From contig CATXCY010000001.1 of assembly GCA_958366945.1 (NCBI GenBank), positions 118,496-182,495 of the forward strand: a stretch of 64,000 nt of DNA. Direction: 5' to 3'. Positions 20,039 through 31,274 of the stretch are shown here, one piece after another; positions within the stretch are counted from its first letter, which is position 1, and each line of letters begins with the position of its first letter. The notes under the pieces are model-generated. The model searched no databases, had not been told where the DNA came from, and saw only the letters and a program-made list of their open reading frames with translations. This DNA is from an uncultured bacterium. GTDB taxonomy: Bacteria > Vulcanimicrobiota > Xenobia > Xenobiales > Xenobiaceae. The translations under genes and the position numbers were made by a program.

Positions 20039-20416
20039 CTAAATATCGGCAAACCACAACCCATGCAAATTGCAATAAGCATAAACGCGCAAAGGCTTAT
20101 CGTCTACCAATTCGAACACAGCCTTAGGCTCTTCGCCGGGCTTAATAGCTTTACGCTGGCCACCTTTTTCTGTTTCCAAGTAAACCCAGGGAATGTAATG
20201 CGCAGGAATTGAAGGATGCAATACACTGCCAACCTGAACTTCTACGCGGTTACCTTTAACAGTAACAGCAGGAACGTGCTTTTCTTTAGAAGCATCCACG
20301 GAACCAGCTTCAAGGCGCTCCATAGGATGGCCATTACATACCAGCTCAGCCTTGATTGGCTCCATGGCTCCAACAATAGTTCCACACTCGCGACAAATAT
20401 AGAACTCTCTGCTCAT
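20039..20416 (-). CDS. dfx: Desulfoferrodoxin (2Fe superoxide reductase).
   Basis: N-terminal desulforedoxin-like CxxC...C (ICRECGTIV...CNGHPM) plus the SOR centre II region EKHVP...H...CNLHGLW. Confidence 0.85.
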   Translation of the reverse strand: MSREFYICRECGTIVGAMEPIKAELVCNGHPMERLEAGSVDASKEKHVPAVTVKGNRVEVQVGSVLHPSIPAHYIPWVYLETEKGGQRKAIKPGEEPKAVFELVDDKPLRVYAYCNLHGLWFADI

Positions 20417-20527
20417 ATTATTTACAATACCTCCCTAAAATATAAAAGCCAACGGCTCTACCTCCCCCACAGTATAACTATTTAAGCACTTGCGGATATA
20501 ACCTTTATTTTACTTTACAATTTATTA

Positions 20528-21343
20528 TCAAATAAAGATACGCTTCCACCAAGGCAAACTAGCTCTGCGCTCAGCATCTTCCAATCTGACAGCCAACTGA
20601 TTGGCTCTCATTTCAGCTTCCTTCTTGCTCTCGTTGGCCACTTCAATTTTGGCTCCCAGACGCAGAATTTCACGTTGAGCTTCATCCAAATCTTTGACCA
20701 TAGCCTGAAGCTTTTCGTCTTTTTCTTTATCTTTTTGAGTGCCATCAGTTAAAAGACGCTGTACTTGTTCCAACTGGCTTTGCATATAGCCAAGACGCAT
20801 AACAGCCGCTTCATGGCGCTCTAAAGGTACACTGGTAGGGAAATGAGGCTCGGGAGCAGGCTCGGCGTCTTGGGCTTCCTCTTCAGAAACATCATCTTCA
20901 GGTTCTTCAGAAGCTTCTATATACTCAAAAGAAGCCGCCTTAGGCTTATCTTCAGAGGCATTTTTAGTCTTATTTTCGTTTTCTTTGGCCAGCTCATCTT
21001 TACCTAAAGACATGCTTTCCAGATTATCTTCAAAATAATCTTCCCGACTGCGCCTAGCCCCGCGTACACGCGTCCAAGCTCCAGAAGTGCTATTGTTATT
21101 TCCGTCTAAAAATTTGGCAACTTCACTTTCGGGAATGCGCACTCCGCCTCTACCTACGCCCTCTTGGGAGGCCACTCGTCCCTGACTTACATAACGATAA
21201 ACCTGGCGCTCAGTTTTTCCTATAGCAGCAGCAAACTCTGTTACCGAAAGAAGTTGATTACTGTTTGATTCTGTTGTCGATACGCTATTCATAACCAGCG
21301 CAACATTGCACAAAAAGAACGGTCTTTCCTCCCCTAAGGCCAC
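20528..21343 (-). CDS. HTH (MerR/excisionase-like) DNA-binding protein with a C-terminal coiled coil and an acidic region.
   Basis: HTH-like segment LLSVTEFAAAIGKTERQVYRYVSQGRV. The tracker's start at 21343 is GTG; an alternative internal ATG lies at 21292. Confidence 0.5.
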   Translation of the reverse strand: MALGEERPFFLCNVALVMNSVSTTESNSNQLLSVTEFAAAIGKTERQVYRYVSQGRVASQEGVGRGGVRIPESEVAKFLDGNNNSTSGAWTRVRGARRSREDYFEDNLESMSLGKDELAKENENKTKNASEDKPKAASFEYIEASEEPEDDVSEEEAQDAEPAPEPHFPTSVPLERHEAAVMRLGYMQSQLEQVQRLLTDGTQKDKEKDEKLQAMVKDLDEAQREILRLGAKIEVANESKKEAEMRANQLAVRLEDAERRASLPWWKRIFI

Positions 21344-21616
21344 CTAGGCCAATCCAAAAAACTACAACCAAGCCAAACTTGTTTCAATGTCAATGTGAAG
21401 GCTTCACAGCGACTATTCCGCACATTTAATTAGGAAAAAGATGGAGATAAATGCAAATTGTAAGCACAATCATACTTTTGTTGACATAATGTTCACATTT
21501 TAAATAAGAATCGACGCCCATCTAATGATAATATGATTAAGAAGTTGTTTTGTAAAAAAGATTACTACTGAGAATCAATCTCATTAGTTCTCCCGCTACT
21601 GAAAGGAGTTTCACTA

Positions 21617-22918
21617 ATGGAAATTCGTCCAACTATGAGCGCTCCTACTTCGCAGATTTACACCAGTGCGAAGTCCGCTCCTACCCAGGCCCCCGTTGAG
21701 AAACAGCCTGAGGAAACCTTCGTTGCTTCCTCCAACAACGGCCCTGTCAACTTAATCATCACCAACAGCGACAAAGCTAAGTTGGAAGAGATGCGCGCTT
21801 CTATTCTCGCTCAGAATCCCGAGAACCAAGTAACCGCCGAGCTTCCTTTGGTAAACGGCTTTGCTGTAACCGTCAACCCTTCCGCCGACGGTACCCTTCT
21901 TCCCAACTTGGCTAAAGCCAACGAAGAAGGCAACAGAATCTTCATGGATGCCCAGATTGGCATTCCTAAGAACGAGATGGACGATCTCGAAAACACCTTC
22001 CGTCCCTTGATGGACACTGCCAACGTCACTTTAGGCGTAGACAAGCTCCACGATCAAGGCATCACCGGTAAGGGCGTAACCGTATGCGTTATCGACACCG
22101 GTATTGCTCAGCACCCCGACTTCGAAGGTCGTATCGTTGGCTTTAAAGATATGGTCAACGGCCGTACCGAGCCCTACGACGATCAGGGTCACGGCACTCA
22201 CTGCACCGGTATCTGCGCCGGTAGCGGCAAGACCTCCAAAGGCAAATACACCGGCGTGGCTCCTGAAGCCAGCATTGTCGGCGTAAAAGTTTTGGACCGC
22301 AACGGTTCCGGTTCTCTCTCCAACGTTATCAAAGGCGTACAATGGGCTGTTGAGAACAAAGATAAATTAAACATCGACGTCATCAGCATGTCTTTGGGCG
22401 GCTACGTTTCCCAGAGCTACAAAGATGACCCCGTGGTACAAGCTGTTGAAGCCGCTCACGCTGCTGGTATCAGCTGCGTAGTAGCCGCCGGTAACGAAGG
22501 CCCCGGCTCCGGCACCATCGGTTCTCCCGGTAACGCTCCTCACGCCATCACCGTAGGCGCTTTGGACGACAAGGGCACCGTAGATCGCTCCGACGACGAT
22601 TTGGCTTACTTCTCCAGCCGTGGTCCCAGCCGCATCGACAAGCTCGAGAAACCCGACATCTTGGCTCCTGGCGTAGACATCACCGCCGCTTCCCACAAGG
22701 GTAAAGGTTATGTAACTATGTCTGGTACCTCCATGGCCACTCCTTTCGCCGCTGGCGTAGACGTGCTCATGCACCAGGTCAAACCCAACATCAGCCCCGA
22801 TCAGGTCAAAGAGATCATGATGAAGAATGCTGATGCTCTCGAAGGCGTAAGCAAATTCGAGCAGGGTAAAGGCGTTATCGATCCTCAAGAGAACATCGAG
22901 TTCTTGCTTGGTAAGTAA
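21617..22918 (+). CDS. Subtilisin-like serine protease (peptidase S8).
   Basis: Catalytic triad motifs VCVIDTGI (Asp), HGTHCTGI (His) and GTSMATP (Ser). Confidence 0.85.
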   Translation: MEIRPTMSAPTSQIYTSAKSAPTQAPVEKQPEETFVASSNNGPVNLIITNSDKAKLEEMRASILAQNPENQVTAELPLVNGFAVTVNPSADGTLLPNLAKANEEGNRIFMDAQIGIPKNEMDDLENTFRPLMDTANVTLGVDKLHDQGITGKGVTVCVIDTGIAQHPDFEGRIVGFKDMVNGRTEPYDDQGHGTHCTGICAGSGKTSKGKYTGVAPEASIVGVKVLDRNGSGSLSNVIKGVQWAVENKDKLNIDVISMSLGGYVSQSYKDDPVVQAVEAAHAAGISCVVAAGNEGPGSGTIGSPGNAPHAITVGALDDKGTVDRSDDDLAYFSSRGPSRIDKLEKPDILAPGVDITAASHKGKGYVTMSGTSMATPFAAGVDVLMHQVKPNISPDQVKEIMMKNADALEGVSKFEQGKGVIDPQENIEFLLGK

Positions 22919-22933
22919 TAGCCTAACCGCTAA

Positions 22934-22996
22934 GGCAGCTTAGGCTGCCGTCTAAAAAAGAAGAGACAATCCGCGCCAGGGTTGTCTCTTTTTTTC
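22934..22996 (+). terminator. Tandem hairpins ending in a T-run.
   Basis: GGCAGCTTAGGCTGCC, then AGAGACAATC...GGTTGTCTCTTTTTTT. Confidence 0.5.
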
Positions 22997-23198
22997 TATT
23001 ATATTTATATATACTGAAGCGAATTGTCATTTTTACATTTTTTACTTTACTTATTTATTGTCCAAAATCATCTTCAGTTTAAAACACAAATAGCCCCGAC
23101 TCTAAAACGAGCCGAAGCTATCTCAATTCTGCAGCCTTTCAAAATACTAGCCCCCAAAGTAGACGCTAGTATGGAAAAAGTCTAGATTCAGACGTCTA

Positions 23199-23573
23199 TT
23201 AGTGCTGCTGCAAAACGTAAGAAACGAGAATGGAAAGAACGACAAAAGCGACAGCAAAATAATTGCCAGCAGTCTTTAAGTTCTCTTCAAAACTCTTTTT
23301 ACCCTGATATTTATGATCGACAGCAGAGCTTCCGCCACCTAACATACCTTGTAAGCCGCCCTGCTTCTGCTCTTGACTCATAACAATACCAGTTAAGCAA
23401 AGGCAAACCATCAAGTAGAGAAACATCAATATATACTGCACAACGTTCAGCTTCATGACAGCGGGAGCGGAAGCAGCAGCATCAGGAGCGGCGGCTGCTG
23501 TAGCGGCAGCGACTCCTCCAGGCACAGCTTGGCCCAAGAAAGACCAAATGCTCAAACAGACGTCTAAATACAT
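23199..23573 (-). CDS. secG: Preprotein translocase subunit SecG. The SecG-like part starts at the internal Met at 23457; the upstream Ala-rich 39 aa are probably not translated.
   Basis: MKLNVVQYILMFLYLMVCLCLTGIVMSQEQKQGGLQGMLGGGS...NYFAVAFVVLSILVSYVL matches SecG topology and its Gly-rich loop. Sits at the conserved position after tpiA. Confidence 0.7.
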   Translation of the reverse strand: MYLDVCLSIWSFLGQAVPGGVAAATAAAAPDAAASAPAVMKLNVVQYILMFLYLMVCLCLTGIVMSQEQKQGGLQGMLGGGSSAVDHKYQGKKSFEENLKTAGNYFAVAFVVLSILVSYVLQQH

Positions 23574-23602
23574 TATTCCAATTCCTAATCCAAAAGTGAA
23601 AA

Positions 23603-24355
23603 CTAATAGCGAACAATCTGGGCAAAGCTGTCAGCTTTGAGGCTGGCTCCACCAACTAAAGCTCCGTCGATATCACTGCAAGCCATAAAACCAGCTACGT
23701 TGTTAGGTTTTACGCTGCCGCCGTAAAGCAAGCGAACCTTGTCAGCAATTTCCTGTCCGAAAATTTCGGCCAAAGTTTTGCGTAACAAGATCATAATCTC
23801 GTTAGCTCCTTCGGGAGTATCAGTTTTGCCAGTGCCAATAGCCCAAATAGGCTCATAAGCGATAACTAACTGACTGCCGTCTTTTATTTCCAAACCTTTG
23901 AGAGCACCGCGCAATTGACCGGTGACAACTTCGGCAGTCTTATCTTCTTCACGCTGAGCTAAGCTTTCACCTACACAAAGAATAGGAACAAGATTGTGAG
24001 AAACTGCAGCAGCGACTTTAGCAGCACAAGTCTCGTCAGTTTCGCCAAACATAGCTCTGCGCTCTGAGTGGCCAACAATGACCATACGACAGCCGACATC
24101 CAAAAGCATAGGAGCAGAAACTTCACCAGTAAAAGCACCGGAATCTTTCCAATAAAGGTCCTGAGCTCCTAAATAGACGTTTCTGCGTCCTTCAACTAAT
24201 TTTTCAATATCGGCCAAAAGGTGAAAAGGAGGACAAATAGCGATATCGCGATCCTTGACATCACTTACCTGAGCCATAAGCTCATTAACTAAATCGTTGG
24301 CATCTTTACGAGCCATATTCATTTTCCAGTTAGCTGCTAAAAGCGGAACGCGCAT
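23603..24355 (-). CDS. tpiA: Triosephosphate isomerase.
   Basis: Start refined to ATG at 24355 (MRVPLLAANWKMN) with GGAGG 5 nt upstream. Motifs AYEPIWAIGTGK and GGS. Confidence 0.9.
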   Translation of the reverse strand: MRVPLLAANWKMNMARKDANDLVNELMAQVSDVKDRDIAICPPFHLLADIEKLVEGRRNVYLGAQDLYWKDSGAFTGEVSAPMLLDVGCRMVIVGHSERRAMFGETDETCAAKVAAAVSHNLVPILCVGESLAQREEDKTAEVVTGQLRGALKGLEIKDGSQLVIAYEPIWAIGTGKTDTPEGANEIMILLRKTLAEIFGQEIADKVRLLYGGSVKPNNVAGFMACSDIDGALVGGASLKADSFAQIVRY

Positions 24356-24433
24356 AAAACCTCCAAAATCTAAAAAATGATAGCAAGACCGAGGCAAACG
24401 GTCAAGCTATCAAAAAAAACTAAAGATATAATC

Positions 24434-25612
24434 TTACTTATAAAGGGCCACTACGCCGGGAAGCTGACGTCCCTCAACAAATTCCAAGGAAGCACCACCG
24501 CCAGTAGAAACGTGGGTAATCTTGGAGGCTAAACCGGCCTGAGTAAGAGCGGCTACGGAATCTCCACCGCCGACTACACTGCGAGCGCCAGAAGCGGCCA
24601 CAGCTTCGGCAATTTGACGGGTACCGAAGTCGAAAGGTTTCTTCTCAAATACGCCAACAGGGCCATTCCAGAAGATCGTCTTAGCTTTGCTGATGATCTC
24701 TTTGAAGTTTTCCACTGTCTTAGCACCGATATCTACACCCATCTTGTCAGCGGGAATAGCGGTCACATCAACGTTGGCATGAGGAGCATTTTCAGCAATT
24801 TCATCTACGACAACGACATCGACAGGAAGAACGATATTGGTCTTGGTGCCCTCAGCCTTGTCCAAAATAGATTTAGGAACAGATAAGTCACCATCGCAAA
24901 GAGAGCGACCGATTTCTATACCACGCACTTTGAGGAAAGGATAAGCCATACCGCCACCGACCAAAATAGCGTCAGCTTTGCCAATCAGGTTTTCCATAAC
25001 GCCGATCTTATCGGAGACTTTGGCGCCACCTAAAATAACAATGAAAGGAGACTCAGCAGCAGTTAAAAGCTTGCCCAACTCGTTAAGCTCTTTTTCCATA
25101 AGCAAACCAGCGGCAGAAGGAAGGAAGTGAGCTACACCAGTCGTGGAAGCGTGAGCACGGTGAGCGGAACCGAAAGCGTCATTGACATAAACATCGGCTA
25201 AAGAAGCCAACTCTTTGGCAAAAGCTTCGTCATTATCGGTTTCCTGGGCATAGAAGCGAACATTTTCAAGCAACATCACTTGGCCGGGCTTAAGCTCTTT
25301 GGCCATTTTGTGCACTTCTTCACCAATGCAATCAGGAGCCATGATAACTTCCTGACCTAAAAGCTCGGACAAACGAGCAGCGGCGGGCTTTAAGGAGAAT
25401 TTAGGATCTTTCTTCCCCTTAGGACGACCTAAGTGAGAAGCTAAGATAACGGCAGCACCGTTTTCCAAGAGAGCCTTAATGGTGGGCAAAGCAGCGCGGA
25501 TACGAGTATCGTCAGTAACTCTTTCGCCATCTAAGGGCACGTTAAAATCGACGCGAACCAAAACCTTTTTGCCTTTTACGTCGATATCACGAATAGTGTT
25601 AAATTTACTCAT
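24434..25612 (-). CDS. pgk: Phosphoglycerate kinase.
   Basis: MSKFNTIRDIDVKGKKVLVRVDFNVP..., with a full-length PGK fold. Confidence 0.9.
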   Translation of the reverse strand: MSKFNTIRDIDVKGKKVLVRVDFNVPLDGERVTDDTRIRAALPTIKALLENGAAVILASHLGRPKGKKDPKFSLKPAAARLSELLGQEVIMAPDCIGEEVHKMAKELKPGQVMLLENVRFYAQETDNDEAFAKELASLADVYVNDAFGSAHRAHASTTGVAHFLPSAAGLLMEKELNELGKLLTAAESPFIVILGGAKVSDKIGVMENLIGKADAILVGGGMAYPFLKVRGIEIGRSLCDGDLSVPKSILDKAEGTKTNIVLPVDVVVVDEIAENAPHANVDVTAIPADKMGVDIGAKTVENFKEIISKAKTIFWNGPVGVFEKKPFDFGTRQIAEAVAASGARSVVGGGDSVAALTQAGLASKITHVSTGGGASLEFVEGRQLPGVVALYK

Positions 25613-25781
25613 TTGCGAACGTCCTCTTTATTTAATATCTATTGGGGCCCCTGTCAAATATCCCGGGGCTGCGGACGAAGAGCGCCTAGCCTGGTATATA
25701 GTTCCAAACCGACGCTCATGAATAAGCTGAGAACAAAAGAAAAGCCCGGAAAAAGCTCCGGGCTGGGTTCATCTAATAAAA

Positions 25782-26939
<1,158 letters not shown>

Positions 26940-27213
26940 CTAGCTCTGAGCCTGCATTCCTTCAAAGAAATGTTAGAATTTTATTCACAATTAAATTTTT
27001 TGCGACCTGTCGTCCGGGAGCACTTAACAATCTGCACTATATGGACGTTTTTTCTTGCAGATAGTCGTTTTATGGTCGTTATTATAAAAGCAAATTATCC
27101 CTTGATAATCCGCCTGCCTTAATATTGGCACTGACACTGCATAAAGTCTAAGTTTGCTGCCTAAAAAAGCATTAGAAGGGGGAACTCTAACTCACAAAAC
27201 GAAGTCTACGCCT

Positions 27214-28437
27214 ATGCGTCGTTTGTGCTTCTTTTCAATTTTTGTTCTTTTAGCCAGCTTGCTATTCGCTGGCTGTATGCAAAAAGAAACAGGCCCCAAG
27301 CCTCTCTTAATCTGGTCAGGTATGGATGCCGAGTTTCCAACCCTCAAACGTCAGTGCCAGGCCTTTGAAAAAGAGACCGGCCTGAAGGTTGAGCTTTTAA
27401 AAGTACCCTACCGAGATCTTAAAAATAAGTTTCTCGTAGCGGCTCCAGCTGGTTTAGGCCCAGATATTTTAGTGGGTGCTCAAGACTGGATCGGTATGTT
27501 AGCTGTCGCCGGCTTGCTTTCTCCTGTTCCTGAAGGCGTCATTAACAAAAGCGATTATGTGCCGGTCTCTTTGGATTCCGTTCAGTTTAACCAAAAAACT
27601 TATATGGCTCCTCTGTGTATGGAATGCCTAGCCATGTTCCGCAACCCGGATTTAATGGCTGAGCAGCCTAAAACTCTCAGCGATTTAGTAGAGAAAGCCC
27701 AAAAAGTTCAAAAAGATTCACAAGGTAAAATCAACGGCTTCTATTTCGAAATAAAAGAGCCTTACTTTTCTTTGCCTTTCCTTATAGCTGATGGAGCCTA
27801 CCTCATAGGTAAAGATGCCAATGGTAATTACGTACCCACCGATGTAGGCATGAATACTCCAGGCGCTGCCAAAGGCGCGGAGTTTTTACGCGATCTCGGC
27901 CAAAAGTATAATCTTATCAAACAAGGTAGCACGGAAAATATCTCCAGAACTCTTTTCCTCGAGAATAAAGCAGCCGTAATTCTCAATGGTCCCTGGTTCC
28001 TCGAACAAGTAAGAGCTGCCGGCGTTCATTATTCCATTGATCCCTTCCCCACCACCGACTCTGGCAACTTAATTAAGCCCTTCCTCGGCGTCCAGGGATT
28101 TATGCTTAACAAATACTCTAAACGGCAGCAAGACGCCGCCAAACTTATGGCCTTCTTAAGCTCTCCGGAAAACATGGCCGAAATGAGCCAAACTTCCGGA
28201 CGTCCTCCGGTAAAGAGCAAAGCCCTCGAACTTTGCCAAGACAATAAAGATATTGTCGCTTTCGCCGAAATTTGTGCCAACAGTATGCCAATGCCTACCC
28301 ATCCAGCAGCCATGCAAGTCTGGGAGCCTATGAGACAGAGCATCGAACTCATTAGCAAAGGCCAAGTAGACATTCCTACCGAGCTCAAAACGGCTAACGA
28401 TCGCATAATACAAAAGATCAATCTTATGCTCGAATAA
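27214..28437 (+). CDS. Sugar ABC transporter substrate-binding lipoprotein (MalE-like, SBP family 1).
   Basis: Lipoprotein signal MRRLCFFSIFVLLASLLFAGC. An alternative upstream TTG at 27154 exists. Operon with two permeases. Confidence 0.7.
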   Translation: MRRLCFFSIFVLLASLLFAGCMQKETGPKPLLIWSGMDAEFPTLKRQCQAFEKETGLKVELLKVPYRDLKNKFLVAAPAGLGPDILVGAQDWIGMLAVAGLLSPVPEGVINKSDYVPVSLDSVQFNQKTYMAPLCMECLAMFRNPDLMAEQPKTLSDLVEKAQKVQKDSQGKINGFYFEIKEPYFSLPFLIADGAYLIGKDANGNYVPTDVGMNTPGAAKGAEFLRDLGQKYNLIKQGSTENISRTLFLENKAAVILNGPWFLEQVRAAGVHYSIDPFPTTDSGNLIKPFLGVQGFMLNKYSKRQQDAAKLMAFLSSPENMAEMSQTSGRPPVKSKALELCQDNKDIVAFAEICANSMPMPTHPAAMQVWEPMRQSIELISKGQVDIPTELKTANDRIIQKINLMLE

Positions 28438-28465
28438 GCATCAACTAAGCTGTAGGGGAATATTT

Positions 28466-29419
28466 ATGAAGAAGAATGATGGACTAATTCCATATGCATA
28501 CCTCACTCCAGCCCTGATCTTGCTGGGAGTGTTGAGTTTGCTGCCCAATCTCTACTCAGTATACTTGGCCTTTACCAATTACTCGCTTTATCACTACAAC
28601 GAGTTTGAATTCGTTGGCTTGCGCAATTTCATGAAGATTATCAGTGGTCCCGAAACAGCCACCTTCATGCGCGTATTCTTATGGACCTTAGTCTGGGCCG
28701 GTGGTTCAGTAATCTTCAGTCAGGCTATCGGCATTTTCTTGGCCATTTTGCTAAATAAGCCGGACTTAAAAGGCAGTTCTTTTTACAGAACCCTCTTTAT
28801 TGTGCCCTGGGCTATTCCGGCTTTCATCTCTGTATTGATGTGGCAAGGTTTGCTCAACACAGAATTTGGCGCTTTCAACGTCATCCTCAAAAATTTGGGC
28901 TTAGATCATGTCATTCAGTATGTTCTTGGTTTAATGGGTTGCGATTTGCAATTGCCCATTGCCTGGCTGGACAGAGTTGGCTGGGCCCATATTTCTGTGC
29001 TTATGGTCAACATTTGGCTGGCTTTCCCCTTCCAGCTGACCGTATGTTTGGGCGCTTTGCAATCTGTGCCTACCGACGTTTACGAAGCGGCCGACGTCGA
29101 TGGAGCCAGCCCTTGGCTTCAATTCAAAACCATAACTCTTCCCTTGCTCCGCTCTTCTTTGTTGCCGGTGCTCATTTCCAGCTTTGCTTTTAACTTTAAC
29201 CAGTTCACCGCCATCTATCTTTTAACAGCTGGCGGACCTCCCGTTCCTGGTAGCGATGCCGGAGCTACAGACATCTTGATTACCTATTCTTACAAGTTGG
29301 CCTTCAACTCATTCCAGTACGGTCTGGCTTGCGCCTACGCTATATTCATCTTTATCTTGGTAGCCACTCTCTCCGGCATCAACTTTAAGATGACCGGCGC
29401 CTTCGACGATATTAAGTAA
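28466..29419 (+). CDS. Sugar ABC transporter permease (MalF-like).
   Basis: Six TM helices and a BPD_transp_1-type loop. Confidence 0.8.
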   Translation: MKKNDGLIPYAYLTPALILLGVLSLLPNLYSVYLAFTNYSLYHYNEFEFVGLRNFMKIISGPETATFMRVFLWTLVWAGGSVIFSQAIGIFLAILLNKPDLKGSSFYRTLFIVPWAIPAFISVLMWQGLLNTEFGAFNVILKNLGLDHVIQYVLGLMGCDLQLPIAWLDRVGWAHISVLMVNIWLAFPFQLTVCLGALQSVPTDVYEAADVDGASPWLQFKTITLPLLRSSLLPVLISSFAFNFNQFTAIYLLTAGGPPVPGSDAGATDILITYSYKLAFNSFQYGLACAYAIFIFILVATLSGINFKMTGAFDDIK

Positions 29420-29431
29420 AGAGGAATTGCT

Positions 29432-30292
29432 ATGTCTAGAAAAATGACCACCTTCCAAAAGATATTGCTCCATTTACTGCTTATCATTTGTGTAGGCATG
29501 ACAATTATGCCGGTCGTATTGGTGTTCTTCTCTTCTTTAAAAGAGAGTTCAACGCTAATTTCTACCAGCTTAATTCCTAAATTCAGCGAACTTTCCTTAG
29601 TAAATTATAAGCGTTTGCTAACTGAGACCCCCTTCTTGCGCTGGGTGTGGAATACGGTAGTAGTTTCGGCTCTTTCCAGCGTTATTGCCATTATAGTCAC
29701 AGCTTTGGCTGGCTATGCCTTTTCACGCTTCAAATTCTTCGGACGTAAAAATGGCTTGATGGCTATGATCCTCTTGCAAATGTTCCCTGCCGCCATGGCT
29801 ATGGTAGCTATCTTCAGTATGTTGCAGCATTTGGGAGATTTGACCGGTGGTTTAATCGGCTTAGATTCGTTGCTCGGCTTGTCACTTGTTTATATTGGCG
29901 CTGGTATTCCCTTCAATACTTGGATGATCAAAGGCTACGTAGATTCATTACCTAAAGAATTGGAAGAATCAGCTCTTATCGATGGTGCCGGTACGACTAA
30001 AACTTTTACTCGCATCATCCTTCCCTTAATGGGCCCAATTTTGGCTGTAGTAGCTATCTTCAATTTCATTAGTCCTTACAGCGACTTCATTTTCCCCTCC
30101 GTAGTTATTTTTGACGAGAGTAAATACACTCTGGCCGTCGGTATGCAAAGCTTCATTTCAGGAAACTTCTCTACCAACTGGTCCCTTTTTACAGCCGGTT
30201 CCATTTTAGGCGCGATTCCTATTATGGTACTCTTCTTCGTGTTGCAAGGCTTCTTAGTTGAAGGTTTGACTAAAGGTGCCGTAAAGGGCTAA
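29432..30292 (+). CDS. Sugar ABC transporter permease (MalG-like).
   Basis: EAA-loop motif (EESALIDGAG) and six TM helices. Confidence 0.8.
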   Translation: MSRKMTTFQKILLHLLLIICVGMTIMPVVLVFFSSLKESSTLISTSLIPKFSELSLVNYKRLLTETPFLRWVWNTVVVSALSSVIAIIVTALAGYAFSRFKFFGRKNGLMAMILLQMFPAAMAMVAIFSMLQHLGDLTGGLIGLDSLLGLSLVYIGAGIPFNTWMIKGYVDSLPKELEESALIDGAGTTKTFTRIILPLMGPILAVVAIFNFISPYSDFIFPSVVIFDESKYTLAVGMQSFISGNFSTNWSLFTAGSILGAIPIMVLFFVLQGFLVEGLTKGAVKG

Positions 30293-30430
30293 TCAATATA
30301 ATAGCCAATAGTCGATATCCAAGGTTCAACTTTGTGAGCCTTGGATATTTTTTTAACAGATACTCCCCCAGCGCTATCAAAGTTTGGCTGGGACAGCGAC
30401 CAATCTAGAAAAAGAAAGAACCGATATTCA

Positions 30431-31048
30431 GTGTTCTGCGCCACTATAAAAAAAATCGCCTGTTTAGGCTTAGGTGTTGCTTGGCTATTACTGAATTTAA
30501 GCTATCCATTTCAAGCTATTGCTCAGGATCAGCTTTTGCAAGAGCCCTACAAATCAAAAGCCTACCTTAATTCTTATTATCAAGCCGTACGCTACTACAA
30601 TTCTGAACTCAGTGACCGCGATACCAGAACTATCGTTTTAGCCATTCTACACTATGCATATGAGTATTCTCTCGATCCGCGTTTTGTTATGGCCGTTATT
30701 GCCTGTGAGTCAGGTTTTAACCCTCAAGCTGTTTCTCCGGCCGGAGCTATAGGTTTAGGACAACTTATGCCCGATACGGCCAGATCAGTAAAAACTAACG
30801 ATCCTTACAATATCAATCTAAATATACGCGGAGCTTGTTACCTTCTTAAAAGTCACTTGTTAAGCTATGGTTGCCGCAATACTTTAAATTTATCATATCT
30901 TCCCAAAGCGATGTCTTTAACTTTAGCAGCTTACAATGCCGGTCCGGGAGCAGTTTCTAAATATAACGGAGTGCCGCCTTATCGAGAGACACAAAACTAC
31001 GTCCACAATGTAATAAAAGAATATCGACGCCTCTGTGGACGCGAATAA
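30431..31048 (+). CDS. Lytic transglycosylase (SLT domain) with a signal peptide.
   Basis: ESGFNPQAVSPAGAIGLGQLMP and AYNAGPGAV motifs. Start tentatively placed at GTG 30431, giving the signal peptide M/VFCATIKKIACLGLGVAWLLL. The tracker ORF extends to 30341. Confidence 0.65.
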   Translation: MFCATIKKIACLGLGVAWLLLNLSYPFQAIAQDQLLQEPYKSKAYLNSYYQAVRYYNSELSDRDTRTIVLAILHYAYEYSLDPRFVMAVIACESGFNPQAVSPAGAIGLGQLMPDTARSVKTNDPYNINLNIRGACYLLKSHLLSYGCRNTLNLSYLPKAMSLTLAAYNAGPGAVSKYNGVPPYRETQNYVHNVIKEYRRLCGRE

Positions 31049-31274
31049 AATAAAAAAGCCTTTATTTTATTTCTTTAAAGAAACGTATATAAGTTCATAG
31101 TATTAAAATAGCTATCAGCTTCATGGGGAAAGACACCGCGCAACAGCAACGAAAAGATGCTGCTTTCCCAGTACAAGGAAGGACAAACTTTTAAATTAGG
31201 CAATTTAAAGTCCCCAAAAGACACACGTTCATAACGATTGAAGACACAGATATACAAGAATAAGGGAGTTAAAC

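Noticed and set aside
20216-20485. 89-aa plus-strand ORF overlapping desulfoferrodoxin.
   Set aside because: It is antisense to dfx, which has both metal-centre motifs intact. It has no supporting signals.
27154-27213. Upstream TTG-initiated extension of the sugar-binding lipoprotein ORF.
   Set aside because: The extension (MLPKKALEGGTLTHKTKSTP) would bury an otherwise perfect lipoprotein signal peptide that begins at the ATG at 27214. The shorter start is preferred.
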